The position numbers were made by a program, and so were the translations under genes. The notes under the pieces are model-generated. The model saw only the letters and a program-made list of their open reading frames with translations. It did not search any database and was not told the DNA's origin. Shown here one piece after another: positions 1 through 12,863 of a stretch of 64,000 bases of DNA. Source of the stretch: Octopus bimaculoides (lineage: Eukaryota); assembly GCF_001194135.2 (NCBI RefSeq), contig NC_068984.1, forward strand, positions 123,282,416 to 123,346,415, given 5' to 3'. Numbering within the stretch: the stretch's first letter is position 1; each line of letters starts with the position of its first letter.

Positions 1-604
1 CTATTCTCTCTCCTACACTGTCTTGCAACACGAAATATATATATATATATTGTACACACACACACACATACATTGCCACTGAAACAAATGAATACTGAAA
101 GGGAAAAAATTTTACTTACCCTCGACTTTTAGATTTCAGTCCAAGACTCTCAGCAAGCCGATGGATGTAAGCCCTCTCTGATGCATTCAAGGAAGAAGGA
201 AACTCCAACTCTTTCTGGCATTCTGAGTTCAAATTCCACCGAGGCCAACTATACTTTTTATCTTTTTGGGGGCCACTAAAATAAGTACCAGTTGAGCACT
301 GGGGTTGATGTAATCAACTTACTTCCTCCCCCACAGAGCAAAATTCTGCTGTGTAAAAGTTCAGTAATTTCATTGGAGCATCAAATTCTGGAAAATTAAG
401 CTTTTAGCATAAATTTTTTCGCTGAGTCAATATATATTTCTATTATCAAATAACAACTTTAGGCCTTAAAAAATTACTTTTTTCTATCACTAGGCCTACT
501 GTGCCCCAAACTTGCTGTCTTTGTGCCAAAATTTGAAACTACTGTGCTGGTATTTCTTATTGGTTGATGTTCTGCTGTAAAACAGGACTGCTAGGTTACC
601 CCTT

Positions 605-955
605 GTGAAGGTGCATGGCTCAGTAGTTAGAGCATTGGGCTCACAATCATGAGGTAGTGAGTTTGATTCCACAACCAGGCTGTGTGTTGTGCTCTTAAGC
701 AAGTTACTTTATTTCATGTTGCTTCAGTTCACTCATCTGTAGAAATGAGTTGTGACATCACTGGTGCCAAACTGTATCAGCCTTTGTCTTTCCCTTGGAT
801 AACATCGGTGGCATGGAGAGGGGAGGCTAGTATGCATGGGTGAATGCTGGTCTTCCATAAACAACCTTGCTCGGACTTGTGCCACAGAGGATAACTTACT
901 AGGTGCAATCCTATGGTCATTCATGACCAAAGGGGATCTTTACCCTAAGTTTCAT
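605..955 (+). mobile_element. tRNA-headed SINE family C (CORE-like middle, tail type 1)
   Basis: A/B-box-like head GTGAAGGTGCATGGCTCAGTAGTTAGAGC...GAGTTTGATTCC. Colinear copy at 49384-49725 and a partial tail at about 14390-14560. Confidence 0.8.
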
Positions 956-1121
956 CTCACACATGGCTTAATTGCCACAATACGCACTATACTTGATCTG
1001 GCTACCACACTACAACCTACATAGTGTGTCTTTACTGAGCTTTATCTATAGCAGATAATATATGTACTACAACATTTGGTTACACCACAACCAGACTGGC
1101 AAAACAATATTAAAGTGTAAG

Positions 1122-1299
1122 CACATAAAAGTACCCTCTACACTCTCAGAGTGGTTGGCGTTAGGAAGGGCATCCAGCTGTAGAAACTCTGCCAAATCAG
1201 ATTGGAGCCTGGTATAGCCATCTGGTTCACCAGTCCTCAATCAAATCATCCAACCCATGCTAGCATGGAAAGTGGACGTTAAACGATGATGATGATGAT
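1122..1299 (+). mobile_element. Short retroposon family D with (GAT)n tail (RTE-type 3' end)
   Basis: ...GGTTGGCGTTAGGAAGGGCATCCAGCTGTAGAAAC...CATGCTAGCATGGAAAG.GGACGTTAAA(CGATGAT)n. Further copies at 3660-3832(+), 19238-19486(-), 25704-25902(-), about 26000-26340(+) and 27835-28010(+). Confidence 0.8.
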
Positions 1300-1864
1300 T
1301 GTACAGGTTGTAGTGTGATAGCCAGAGCTGATGCTTTTGATAAAATATAGTAATGAAAACATGTTGCATGTTGTGTAATTTGGTAGTTAGGACTTGTTGC
1401 ACATGATGTAGTACAGTAGTCTGACGTGGTATCTAGCATAACAAGCAGGACATTGTATGGTGTAATTATGGTTGTCAAGACATGTAATTTGACAGAGTGC
1501 AGTGTGGCAGTCAGAACATGTAGTGTGACTGTCAGGAGGTGGTGTATAATGTGACAGTCAGGTGATAGCGCAGAAGGCAGGGTATTTGTTGTTGGTAGTG
1601 TGATAATTAGGTGGTGTGTTGTGTGACAGTCAAAGTATGTTATGTAATGGGTTATGTATGGTGTTATGTGGCAATTAGGACATATTGTGTGAAGTGATGT
1701 GTGACTGTCAGGACATGTTAATTCTATCTTTCTCTATAAATATTTTCACATGTTAATCTGATATCAGTTTCTTTCCCCTTGAGCTATCTTCTCATCTTAT
1801 CTTCATCTTGATTATTTGAATTATCTTCATATTTTTTCATTTCTTTTTTTCTTCTTCTACCTAG

Positions 1865-1997
1865 GTACTGTCTTGGTCAAGTGTTACACAGCCTTGGTCA
1901 GTATGAGGCTGCAAGTGACTGTCTCCAATTTGCTATGGACTTAGAAGCTAACAGTCCTATCATTCCATTCACTGTCATTCCACGCCTGTTGCACTGA
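1865..1997 (+). CDS. TTC7: Terminal coding exon of tetratricopeptide repeat protein 7 (TTC7A/B-like scaffold of the PI4KIIIalpha complex); upstream exons lie before the window
   Basis: A long polypyrimidine tract ends in ctag at 1864. The exon reads g TAC TGT CTT GGT... = (W)YCLGQVLHSLGQYEAASDCLQFAMDLEANSPIIPFTVIPRLLH*, with TGA at 1995-1997. This matches the recalled TTC7 C-terminus: final TPR, then W..LGEVLQ.QG...AA.(D/E)CF.TALELEASSP..PF.IIPR.L. Confidence 0.9.
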
Positions 1998-2196
1998 CTG
2001 GTATGTTACCGAGAAATGTCGAAATGAAATGTCATGCTTGTTCAGAAGGATCAGCTAATTTCCTGCTGCCTGTGTCTCCTCTCCACCCTACTGCTGCTTA
2101 CCACAGAAGTAAATCATGTTCTAGACACCAAAACCAGCCACCACACAAACAAACAGACAGACAATCTACCCCAGCTAACCAGCCTGTTCAGATGCC

Positions 2197-2286
2197 AATA
2201 AAGTGGATGGCTGGGTAGGTAGACAGCTACAGGGAATGCAGTTAATGTGCTACTTGTTTAGTATGTCAAGTGAAGTTAACAATAAA
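2197..2286 (+). terminator. Candidate polyadenylation signals of TTC7 (AATAAA at 2197-2202 and 2281-2286)
   Basis: Two canonical hexamers 200-290 nt after the TTC7 stop and just before a large trinucleotide repeat tract. No transcript evidence. Confidence 0.4.
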
Positions 2287-2459
2287 GTATTCACTGGTAT
2301 CTATCACCATCCAGCAGGTGTAAAACCATAGCAGCGAAGATGAATAGTTCCACACAACATGCATCATAATAATGGCTGCCTGCTTGGATATGTGTGTTTT
2401 TGCTGTGCACGATGACAACAGAGGGTGTTATTTTTTTGTACATTTTAACAGCAATTCAA

Positions 2460-2815
2460 ATGGTTGTTGTTGTTATTGTTGTTATTGTTATTATTGTTGT
2501 TATTTTATTACTACAATTACTACTACTATAATGATAATATTAATTATTATTAATAATTACTACTACGATTAATAATAATATTAATAATATTAATATTGTT
2601 ATTAATAATAATAATGATAATGATAATATTTTTAATCGTAATGATGATTATTATTATTTGCAGTAATAATAACAATAATTTATTATTATTATTATAGTTG
2701 TTGTTACTTCTATTCTTACTATTATTACTAATAATACCACTACTAAAATGATTATTATTAGCAGTAACAGTAATAGCAATCATTTGTGTTGTTGTTGTTG
2801 TTACTCTAATTACTA
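2460..2815. repeat. Compound trinucleotide microsatellite tract (TTG/TAT/TAC/TAA), with a (GAT)n run near 2998-3065
   Basis: Directly visible; accounts for ORFs 2372-3138. Confidence 0.95.
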
Positions 2816-5077
2816 TTTCATTCTTCATTCGTGACTGAGATGGTGACCACAAACACTGTGATACAATCTTGTACCAACGAAGAAACAAAAAAAAAAAAGA
2901 AAAGAAAAAAAAAGAGGAAAAGATCAAGAAAAAGAGAAAGCTTGTCTTCTCTTCCATATTATTACAGTTGTTGTTTTTGTTATTGTTGTTCTTTTTAATG
3001 ATGATGATGATGATGATGATGATGGTGATAATAGTAACAGTGACAGCACCGATGACAGTGATGACGATTTCCTACATTTACACAATACATACATCGTGGT
3101 GTAGAAATACGGTTAATTCAGTTGACTGCAGTACATAACTGGTATTTGTTTCATCTCCCTGGAGGAGATGAAAGGCAAAGGCAATCTCAGTGGGATTTTA
3201 ACTCAGAATAAATAAATACGGATGTAAATACTATTGGGCATTTATTCTGTTGCTCTATCATCTCTGATACTATGCAGTCATTGTAATAATAACAAGCATT
3301 TCTTTATATGCATTGAGCCCTGAAAGAAGAGGTGCTACAAAGATGAAACACCCAAATACACAGAATGGGAGGTTACATTAGGTGATAAGGAAAATTACAA
3401 ATGCATTGCAATATTGAAATACAAAGAAGACAGTGAGCTGGCAGAATCATTATCATGTTGGGCAAAATGCTTAGTAACATTTCATCTGTCTTTACGTTCT
3501 GAGTTTAAATTCTGCTGAGGTTCACTTTGCCTTTCATCCTTTTGGTGTCAATAAAATTAGTACCATTTGAGCAATGGGAGGGGCAATGTAATCGACTTAT
3601 TCTCTTCTCACTGAAATTTCAGGCCTTGTGCCTATGCAAGAAAGGAATATTAACATCCGGCATGTAAAAAGCACCCACTACACTTTCGGAGTGGTTGGCG
3701 TTAGGAAGAGCATCCAGCTGTAGAAACTCTTGCCAGATCAGATTGGAGTCTGGTTCGTCAGTTCCCAGTCAAATCGTCCAACCCATGCTAGCATGGAAAG
3801 CGGACGTTAAATGATGATGATGATGATGATGAAGAGGAAATAGCCACATAAGGACAACCAGTTCACCCCACATAAACCCCAGTTGCTCTCATTATGAAGT
3901 CAAGTGCCTTCTTATGCCTGTTAAGCTATAAATGAGATTTGGCTCATCTATTCACTCTCATTCACTTTCCATGAAATGTACTCCCAACCACTCTTATATA
4001 AACATGGAGTAGCCATATATCTTTTCTATAGCAAGACACCTCTACTTCTGCTTGTCCATGGTGTAAATTCCCTTCTCCACCCTCTCAAATACTGCCCCCA
4101 CTTAGTTGAAATGACTTTTCCCTTTCTTTGTTTTTTCCTATCTTGTAAGTTACTTGGCAACTCTACTAATGCCAGTAGCATGAACAAGTGCCCAGTACAC
4201 ACTGTTAAGTTGAAGGACATCCAGCTTTAAAAACCATGTCAGTGCTGACATGCAGCACAATGCAGCTCTATGACTTGCCAGAACCTGTCAAACCATCTAC
4301 CCCATACCAGCATGGAAAATGGGCATTAAATGATGATAACCCTAACCCTAAACCTAACCCCAACACTGATGATAATAGCGGTCAGAACTTCTCTTTTTTC
4401 AAATAATACTGGAGAAAGTAGGTGAGAGATTTCATAGAAAGATCAAAAACAAATAAACAAACAAAAAACCCTGATCTCAAACCTTTCAGTCTTGCCCATC
4501 ATAGTATCACTTTATAGCTTTTAAGGACAAAAATACTGCTTGAATCAGGTGGTTAGAAAAAGAAGGTATAAGTACCTTTATCATCTGTTCCACATGACAC
4601 AACAACTATTTGGTGTTGGCCCACAACAGGCAAGTCATGGGCAGGGAACAAGAACAGGTGCCCTACCACATCACAAACATGTCCTGTTGTTTGAACTGAT
4701 GTGTCTGTATGACTTATCATGAACAAGTAGAGCTTCTAAGTTGAACTGCCAAACCGAATATTACTAGAAGTTAAGAATTGAAAGTGAAATGCTGATCTCC
4801 AGAAAATTGCTTGATCTTTCAAGATTCTACTTAATATGACTCCATTAATGACTAGAGTAATCTCCAGATTATTGACTCACATGCCCTTCACTAATCCTCT
4901 AGACTATGAAGATTGTTTTACCACTGACTGCACTATACAACTGCTTGTATGAGCACTTGGTAAAACTCCAGATGCTAAGTGCTATTGAAGGGGTTGCACG
5001 AGGCTCCCAAACAGTTTGAATTCTCATCTGTGGCTATGGTGGAGATAGCAGTAATATGAGAGAGACCTCTCTCTCTG

Positions 5078-5135
<58 letters not shown>

Positions 5136-5939
5136 AGTCCCTCACTTAGGTGTCACCCTTGTTCACTGTCTCAACTTTAAAACTCATACACAGAAGACAA
5201 AGGCAAATGTGAGTGCTTGTAAAACAGCCAACAAGCTTTCTGAGTGGAATTTAGTAGATGGTAACTATATGGAAAGCCATGTATGTATCGGTATGTGTGT
5301 GTGTGTGTGGGGAGGGTCTTTTGCCAATATATGTCAGTGAAAGCTGTACATTAGTGGGAAAGCCTACACATTCATGCTTTCAAACAAAAATACTTTGTGA
5401 TGTTTGTTCTGTCTGAGTTGTGCAATCACTCCTTTGTCATTCTTGTCATTGTAAATGTACTAAACCAATGATTGGTTCAAGAAATTCCATTTGATCCATG
5501 CTAGAATGATGATGATGAGAGTAGCTGAGAACTATATAAACGTAGAAAAGAGGGTTTGGAAATGTTATGTTAAATATTCGGAAGGAGGAAAGTGGAGGAG
5601 AGATTGGGAATGATAGAAATGTCAAGGTTAGTGTTAGAGCAAAAGAAAGGGGAGGAGGGGGGGGATGATAGACTGAATGCAATAAAAAATAAAATTCAAT
5701 GGAGCTTGAAATAGAAACTTTTTTTAAAGTTCCTGTAGAACTAAAAATTTTTTAAAGTAGAAGACACTTTCCCAAGTTGCTATGCAGTGGAACTGAACCT
5801 GAACCCATGTGATTGGGAAGCAAACTTCTTTCTACACAGCTTACCTGGAGTCAAGAAAAGTGTTTTGTTACTTTTGATATCGCATGGACAAAACTACCAC
5901 TGACTGAAGATTAGATTTAATTTTTTATCAAATGGTCTT

Positions 5940-6325
5940 TTTTTGAAATTATTTGGTCTCGCTTTCTCACTTCATCTTTCTTGGATCTTGTCACTTGGAT
6001 CTCCTCAACTGAGTTCAGAAGTAAGTCCCTAATTTGATTGGTCCCTCTCTTATTTCAACTCTGCAACCCTTGTCACATCGATGTGCTGTTGCCTGTCTTA
6101 GTCTTTTCCATTGTTATTGTCACAAGAAGTTCTCTGATGAACTTTCTCTCTCAGTTCCAGATCCCTTTGTGCCATCTCGTCTGACTCAAACCTCACAGTG
6201 TCTTCACCAAATGCTGTTGTGCTTCCTCAAATAAGGAAGTCTTTCTATGGTTGTAGCTTTATTCCTCAAACTGTCAAATTTTGGAACCCTTTTCCATCTC
6301 ATTGTTTTCCTCCTTCCTATGACAG
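5940..6325 (+). mobile_element. 5'-truncated CR1/Jockey-like LINE ORF2 C-terminal remnant
   Basis: LIGPSLISTLQPLSHRCAVACLSLFH...ELS..VP..., then SFIPQTVKFWN-like codons. This is the recalled post-RT motif LQPLSHRR.V.SLSLFYRY...SF.PRT..LWN.LP. Confidence 0.75.
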
Positions 6326-6416
6326 GTAATTTGTTGCCATTTGTGCATTGTTTTTGAATTTATTGACTACACAGTATAGTAGGGTCAGTTGGGCACCGTC
6401 TGAGAAAAACAGCACC

Positions 6417-7169
6417 ATGACACAATTCACTCTGCCAGAAATTTGAAAATGACATGCTGTACTGCTTGGCATTCATGCCGGAAAAGTCAATACAAACATT
6501 TCAGAGTGGTTGGGTGTCAATCTGAGGATAGTGCAGAAGATTCGGAAAGAGTTAGATGAATCTAAAGGTGATTATGAAGGTACGGTAGCTCAGAAAACTC
6601 ACTCTGATCATTGTGATAAGAAAAGAATTCTTGAATTTGTTGGTGAGATCCAGGCCATAATTGACAACGATCCCTCCCAGTCAATCAGGTCCATCACCAG
6701 GGACATGAGAGTGTCTGAGTTTCTTATCAGGCAGGTAGTGCATGAAGACATTCGCTATTCCTCATACAAGATGAGAAAAAAAAACAATTTTTATCCCAAG
6801 CCATCAAGGACAAGAGGAAAGACCGCGCTATGAAGCTTTTGAACAAACTCAAGCATCCCCTCCAACCGAACATGCTTTGGTTTTTCTCAGATGAGAAAAA
6901 TTTCTGTCAGTATCAGACGGTGAACACACAAAACAACTGTTGGCTTGCCGTATCCCCAAAACATGTACCGAGAGTGATAAAAATCAAACATCCAGTCAAC
7001 ATCCTAGTATTTGGAGTGATCACTAGTGATGGTGATGTTATGCCGCCATTCATCTTCCCACACGGTCTCAGACACAACATGGAGGCCTACATTAAGTACC
7101 TGGAGGAGGTAGTGCTGCCCTGTTATTTTCATTTTTGCGTAATTTAGATGACAATTTATTCACTGCACC

Positions 7170-7172
<3 letters not shown>
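6417..7172 (+). pseudogene. Decayed Tc1/mariner-superfamily transposase (maT/DD37D-like), 3'-truncated
   Basis: ATG at 6417 with two in-frame TGA stops, an HTH-like region, and a frameshift in the A-run near 6780. It continues WFFSDEKNF...NTQNN...KHPVNILVFGVITSDGDVMPPFIFPHGL...YIKYLEEVVLP. A mariner-type terminus (...GCACCCTG|TA) ends at 7172. Confidence 0.85.
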
Positions 7173-7211
<39 letters not shown>

Positions 7212-9734
7212 NNNNNNNNNNNNNNNNNNNNNNNNNNNNNNNNNNNNNNNNNNNNNNNNNNNNNNNNNNNNNNNNNNNNNNNNNNNNNNNNNNNNNNNNN
7301 NNNNNNNNNNNNNNNNNNNNNNNNNNNNNNNNNNNNNNNNNNNNNNNNNNNNNNNNNNNNNNNNNNNNNNNNNNNNNNNNNNNNNNNNNNNNNNNNNNNN
7401 NNNNNNNNNNNNNNNNNNNNNNNNNNNNNNNNNNNNNNNNNNNNNNNNNNNNNNNNNNNNNNNNNNNNNNNNNNNNNNNNNNNNNNNNNNNNNNNNNNNN
7501 NNNNNNNNNNNNNNNNNNNNNNNNNNNNNNNNNNNNNNNNNNNNNNNNNNNNNNNNNNNNNNNNNATGCTAGAAATCAAAGTTTCATAAAAAAATTCCAC
7601 TTAATAGAATTATGGGAGGTAATGGGTTAAGTTCCAGCGTATTTCTAAGGCTGTTTTATGCTAGAAATCAAAGTTTCATAAAAAAATTCCACTTAATAGA
7701 ATTATGGGAGGTAATGGGTTAAGTTGAGGCACCAGAATTTAGTACAGTATTATCCATTCAATTTCAAAGTAAGGTGATTAAAATCAAAATAAAAAACAAG
7801 GATATTATATATATATATAAAATATATATATGTATGTATATATACACACACACACAGATATGTATGCACATACATACATGTGCATGCATACATCCTCACA
7901 TGTGCAATTTATGTATATACACATACAAAATAAAGAACATTAGAACATTTTTTTCTGAAACTAAGAAACCATTATCGTTATTGTTGCCATTAAGAAATCA
8001 TTGTTAATTGTTATTGTTGTTGTTAAGTGTAATCTATACACATATAATAATGGAGTGTGTACATGTGTATTTGTGTGTGTGTGTGTGTGTGTGCATGTAT
8101 ATATCAATATATATGTATGTGTGTGTACGTGTATATATCAGCAATATGTGTGTGTGCACGTGTATATATTGTCATCAATATATATATATATGTATATGTG
8201 TGTTTGTGTGTGTGTACATATATGTGTATGCATGTATGTATCTAATTGTATATATACACACATATACACACATGTATGCACACACAGAAAGGGAAATGTA
8301 GTTACTTGATCTGTTAATAGGTGCTGAATGGTAGAAATTACCTCCAGAATTTGATCAGTCATTAATATACTTACTTAAGGAGATGATTGCTATTATGTTG
8401 TCGGTAGTGGTACCAGTGGTGCTGCAACAAAACACCAGGCTGGTGTAATTAATTTGTTAGTTTCGATAGAATAGTTTCTAACTTCAAGCTTAGACATGCT
8501 TTAGGTTTTTTGTTTTTTTTTCTTCATTATCAAGTAAGTACTGCTCATAGCTTGCATGTATTTTCTTCAGTTCTCAGAGGAAGTCCTGGCTTAGCTTAGC
8601 TTTTAACTTGTCTCATCTCATTTAACCTTCAATACACAACTGTTCTGACAGTAAAAACTGCAGCTGTAGAACTATAGAATTGTGGTGGCTCTTAAAGCTG
8701 GTTCTGATCTCATCTTTTGTCTCACTTTTCTCAGTCATTGGACTGCAGCCATGCTGGAACAAATTAACCCCACTACTTATTTTTGAATATGGTACTTATT
8801 CTGTTGGTTTCTTTTGCCAAACCGATAAGTTACAGGGACATAAACAAACCAACAGCAGTTGTCAAGTAGTTGTGGGAGACAAACACAACTTACATTACAC
8901 ACACACACACATGTACTCACAATAGGTTTCTTTCAGTTTATGTCTATCNNNNNNNNNNNNNNNNNNNNNNNNNNNNNNNNNNNNNNNNNNNNNNNNNNNN
9001 NNNNNTGTCAAGTAGTTGTGGGAGACAAACACAACTTACATTACACACACACACACATGTACTCACAATAGGTTTCTTTCAGTTTATGTCTATCTAATCC
9101 ATTCACAAGACTTTGCTTGACCTGGGGAGTTCTATTGTATAGAAGACACTTGTGGAAGGTATTGTGCAGTGGGGCTGAACCCAAGAACACATGGTTGGAA
9201 AGCAAGATTCTTAAACACACAGCCACACCTATGGCTCTTTTGCAATCCTTTGACCAAATCTCCAGTCTGCAGATAGCTTGATCCCTTACTCCTATCATTT
9301 CCCTGAAAAGGGTCACAAGTGCTTCTTTTTCTCCTCTGATTCAGTCATATAAAAAAAAAAAAAAAACGAACGTTTGTGGGTCTACTATTTTGTTGCTGTA
9401 TAATGACCTGTACTGTGTTGAACTGTTGGAGCTGTGAACTGGGTTGTAGGATAATGTTTTACTGTCTATCAGTTGATACCAGCACTGTGTAATAGCTACT
9501 ACTATGTAAAGCCTTATTTGTCTGTTTGATATTCCTTAGTCATTGGACTCCACCTCTTTCCCTATGTACTACACACTGATCAATATACTCCTAGAATATT
9601 GGTAAAAGCCAAAAATCTGCCTGGGTCCACCCATGGATATAGATGTCAAAACAGCAGTACAAGCTTTGTTGAGTCAGATGTTGCAACTCTGGGCCAGCTA
9701 TTTCTACGATCCTCAATGCTCATTTTTGCTGCAT

Positions 9735-9890
9735 CACCCTTCTCTCTAGCCAAATGTAATGGCTTGCTTTCTCAGTAGCTTTTGATAATTCCTGTAATGT
9801 CTTTTCTCTCTTCTGTAACTAGTCCAAGACTTCTGAGCACTGAGTGTACCCTGGTTCCAACAAATCTAACACCTGCCTCTACAGGAAGGC
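9735..9890 (-). mobile_element. 3' end of an RLE-type (Hero/NeSL-like) non-LTR retrotransposon ORF
   Basis: PVEAGVRFVGTRVHSVLRSLG... then, after one frameshift, LSKATEKASHYIWLERR. Resembles the recalled PVEVGCRGF....LL..LG....LS.AAE.AS.WIW..R motif. Confidence 0.6.
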
Positions 9891-10491
9891 ATATTGATCT
9901 ATTAATAGATTTTTGCATAGTATTTATATAATTAAAATGATTTAATGAGTGTGTGTGTGCATGTATATAGATTGACATGTAGAAAATAAAAGTTGTGTTT
10001 TTGTTATTTTGAAACAAAAATGAAGTGATGAAGGATTGCCTGGTAGCTGTGTAAGGAGGGGAGGGACAAGGCATAGTGGCAAGGGAGAAGGAGGTGGTGT
10101 TCATGTAATCAAAGTTTTGGGAGTGGGTAGGAGATAGGAAGGTAATAAAAAAAAAAAAGATTACGTGGGTGCAAGGTGGGGTAGATTGAGTGACAACTAG
10201 TAATTGCATAAACAGTGGAAAGAAAAGGTGAGGGTGAAGAAGGAAGAGTAGAAGGCATAGGTGTCAAGAAGAGCAGGAGAGAAGAAGAAGGGGAGGTTTG
10301 TTTCTTGAAAATTTAAAAGTAGAATTTTAATTGGGCGTGTATGTGCAAATTGTAAGTTTATGACTGTGTATCTGAGTATATGTATATTGTAAATGTTTGA
10401 TCTGCATGTGGATGGATATGTTTGTTGTCTTTACGTTTGTGTTTGTTTTCATCAAAGTGTGTGTGTGTGTGCTTGCATGTATGTGTGTGTG

Positions 10492-10523
<32 letters not shown>

Positions 10524-11120
10524 AATTTATAAATAGATAATATATATGTATCTCTCTCTCTATATATATATATTATATATTGTGTCCACACACACACACA
10601 CACACACACTCACACAAACACACACACACACACATGCACACACACATATATACAGATATACAGTTTAATATTTGTGTGTGACAACACTATAATGTCAGTC
10701 CTTCTCCACGTTACATATCACACCAACAACCTTTGTCATGATATGATTCCTTTTAAAAACAGAATGATTGCTTAACTCACACTACACCACCAGTCTTTCC
10801 TCGAGAGAAAGTGAGAGAGAGAGAGAGAGAGAAAGAGAGAAAGAATGAGTTTCTGTGAGAGTGTGTTTGCATTTGCAGTTGTATATGTAAAAAGGAGAGA
10901 TACGTACAGAACAAAGAGTTAGAGGAAATGAAATAAAAAAATAATTACATCCTGGATTGACATTGGTCTTTGAAACGTAAACATACATAGACATACACAC
11001 CATGCATGCCTAGATGCAGACACATAAAATCATATGTATATGTGTGTGTGTGTGTGTTTGTATCTCTCTCTCTGTCTCTGTCTCTCTCTCTCTCTCTGTC
11101 TCTGTCTCTCTGTCTCTCTG

Positions 11121-11159
<39 letters not shown>

Positions 11160-11641
11160 GTATACATACATGCACACACACATGCATATATTGAAAATAG
11201 GTGAGAGAGAGATGAAAGAACCATTAACCCTTACATTATCATCATTATCATCATCAAGATCACACGGCTAGATGGCCAAGAATAGTAATAATATCACCTC
11301 TCTTTTATATCATGGACATGTCTCTATCCATCACTCTCTCTCTCTCTCTCTTACAGGGACTAGTTATAGGGGTCCTCTGTCAATATATGCAAATAACTTC
11401 AATTTCTGTCAAATTTTCATTGAGGGACCATCTAGTAGTGTAACCTCAATTGAATCTTGTTACAACTCATCGCTACCTTTGTGAAGGAAGTTCGAGTGCA
11501 TGTGCACATATGACTGCTTATCTATGTTTGTTTATATCTGTTCACATATGAGCATGTACATAGGAGAAACCTAGGCATATATTTGTGCAGATAATTATAT
11601 GTATGTATGTTTATATGTATATGTGTGTGTGTATGTATGTA

Positions 11642-11884
11642 ATCATGTCTGTCAGGCATGTGGAAAGGAGTGTGATTCAGCAGGAGGACTTAAACGACAT
11701 GCAAAGGTACATGGAGCCCAATTACAACAACAGCCAGCTATTGCCAGTGAAGGTTTTGGATGCCAACTCTGTGCAAGACATTGTAGATCTTTGGCTGGGC
11801 TAAAAAGTCACATTTGATCACAGCACCATTAAGTTAAGCTTCGTGCAATGGCCATACTCGATAACGAGGGGGCAGCCATCATGT
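11642..11884 (+). mobile_element. 5'-truncated RTE-clade LINE 3' end with two C2H2-like zinc fingers
   Basis: CQACGKECDSAGGLKRHAKVH and CQLCARHCRSLAGLKSHI*SQH, a short 3' UTR and an ATGT tail. Flanked by a 43-bp near-perfect direct repeat (11599-11641 and 11885-11927, 1 mismatch). Confidence 0.7.
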
Positions 11885-11925
11885 ATGTATGTATGTTTAT
11901 ATGTATATGTGTGTTTGTATGTATG

Positions 11926-12352
11926 TATCAGGTCATTAAGAATGAAATGTCTGATTTTTTTATAAACCAAGTTTGACAGTCGTTAACTCTAATGTTTTAT
12001 CCTGACAATTGTTTGTTTTACAACATTGAAGAGTTACATCATCACTTTTCAAAATGCAATTCATTGTGTCTGATTATATTGTGAGTTTTCTCTTGTAAAT
12101 CAATTTTTGTGATAAAAAATTTGAGTTGGTTATGAATGTGAATTCTGTTGTGGAACCAATGCATCCCAGACAGCTTGAAACATTAGTGAAGTGTTTGGTG
12201 AAGATGTGGCGAATGAGTGCACTGTATGTCAATGGTTTGAGAAGTCCCGGTCTGGTGAGTTTACTCTTGAGAATCATCCCCGCGATAGACCTGAGACCAA
12301 GGTGGATAATGATGAGCTGGAAACTGTAGTGGAAGCGGATACATCCCAAACA
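11926..12352 (+). pseudogene. Mariner (Hsmar1/Mos1-like) transposase N-terminal remnant
   Basis: VFGEDVANECTVCQWFEKSRSGEFTLENHPRDRPETKVDNDELETVVEADTSQT parallels mariner FG...ANERTV..WF.KF..G...LE.E.R.GRP..VDND.L...IEAD. Confidence 0.8.
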
Positions 12353-12641
12353 TATTTTACTATTCTTGTCTGCACAATTGATCATTTTTTAGTTTGGTTT
12401 TGTGTTCAAATACGCATATGGCTTGTAGGCGAGAAGATGGATAATACTACTAGATGTTAAAGGACAAAGAAACTAAAATAATAATTGTAAAGCTGAAGTG
12501 AAGGCCAAATATATGGACATGCATTTAATTGGCAAAGTATGACCATCCCCAAGTATAACAATAACTACTAGATGTATTATTATCCAAGTCTTAAGAGCAG
12601 GCTGGCTGAAAAGGCAGAAAGGTGGAGTTAATATTCATATT

Positions 12642-12863
12642 CTTTTCTTTTCTACTCTAGGTACAAAACCCGAAATTTTTTGAGGGGGGACCAGTCGATT
12701 AAATCGACCCTAGTACATGACTGGTACTTAATTTATTGACCCTGAAAGGATGAAAGGCAAAGTCGACCTCAGCGGAATTTGAACTCAGAACATAAAGACA
12801 GACAAAATTCCGCCAAGCATTTCACCTGGCATGCTAACGTTTCTGCCAGCTCACCACCTTAGT
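12642..12863 (-). mobile_element. tRNA-headed SINE family A (core GCCTTTCATCCTTTC.GGGTCGATAAA..AGTACCAG) with 14-bp TSD
   Basis: B box GAGTTCAAATTCC on the minus strand; TSD TTAATATTCATATT at 12628-12641 and 12864-12877. Other copies at about 219-335, 3431-3650, 12899-13095, 18384-18590, 21660-21830, 23106-23333, 51220-52122 (x4), 55845-56050, 56945-57530, 57560-57780 and 59005-59215. Confidence 0.85.

Noticed and set aside
4337-4360. Interstitial telomere-like (TAACCC)4
   Set aside because: Only four units with one mismatch; too short to interpret.
7566-7725. 68-bp exact repeat (7566-7633 and 7658-7725) ending in GGGTTAA
   Set aside because: It begins right at a gap edge, so an assembly artefact cannot be separated from a real tandem or piggyBac-like end.
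8860-9094. Identical 89-bp direct repeat on both sides of the 8949-9005 gap
   Set aside because: Exact identity flanking an N gap is the typical signature of unmerged overlapping contig ends, not a biological duplication.
11599-11832. Host C2H2 zinc-finger gene
   Set aside because: There is an in-frame stop in finger 2, no TGEKP linker, an RTE-like 3' UTR and tail, and a flanking target duplication, so it is a retroelement end.
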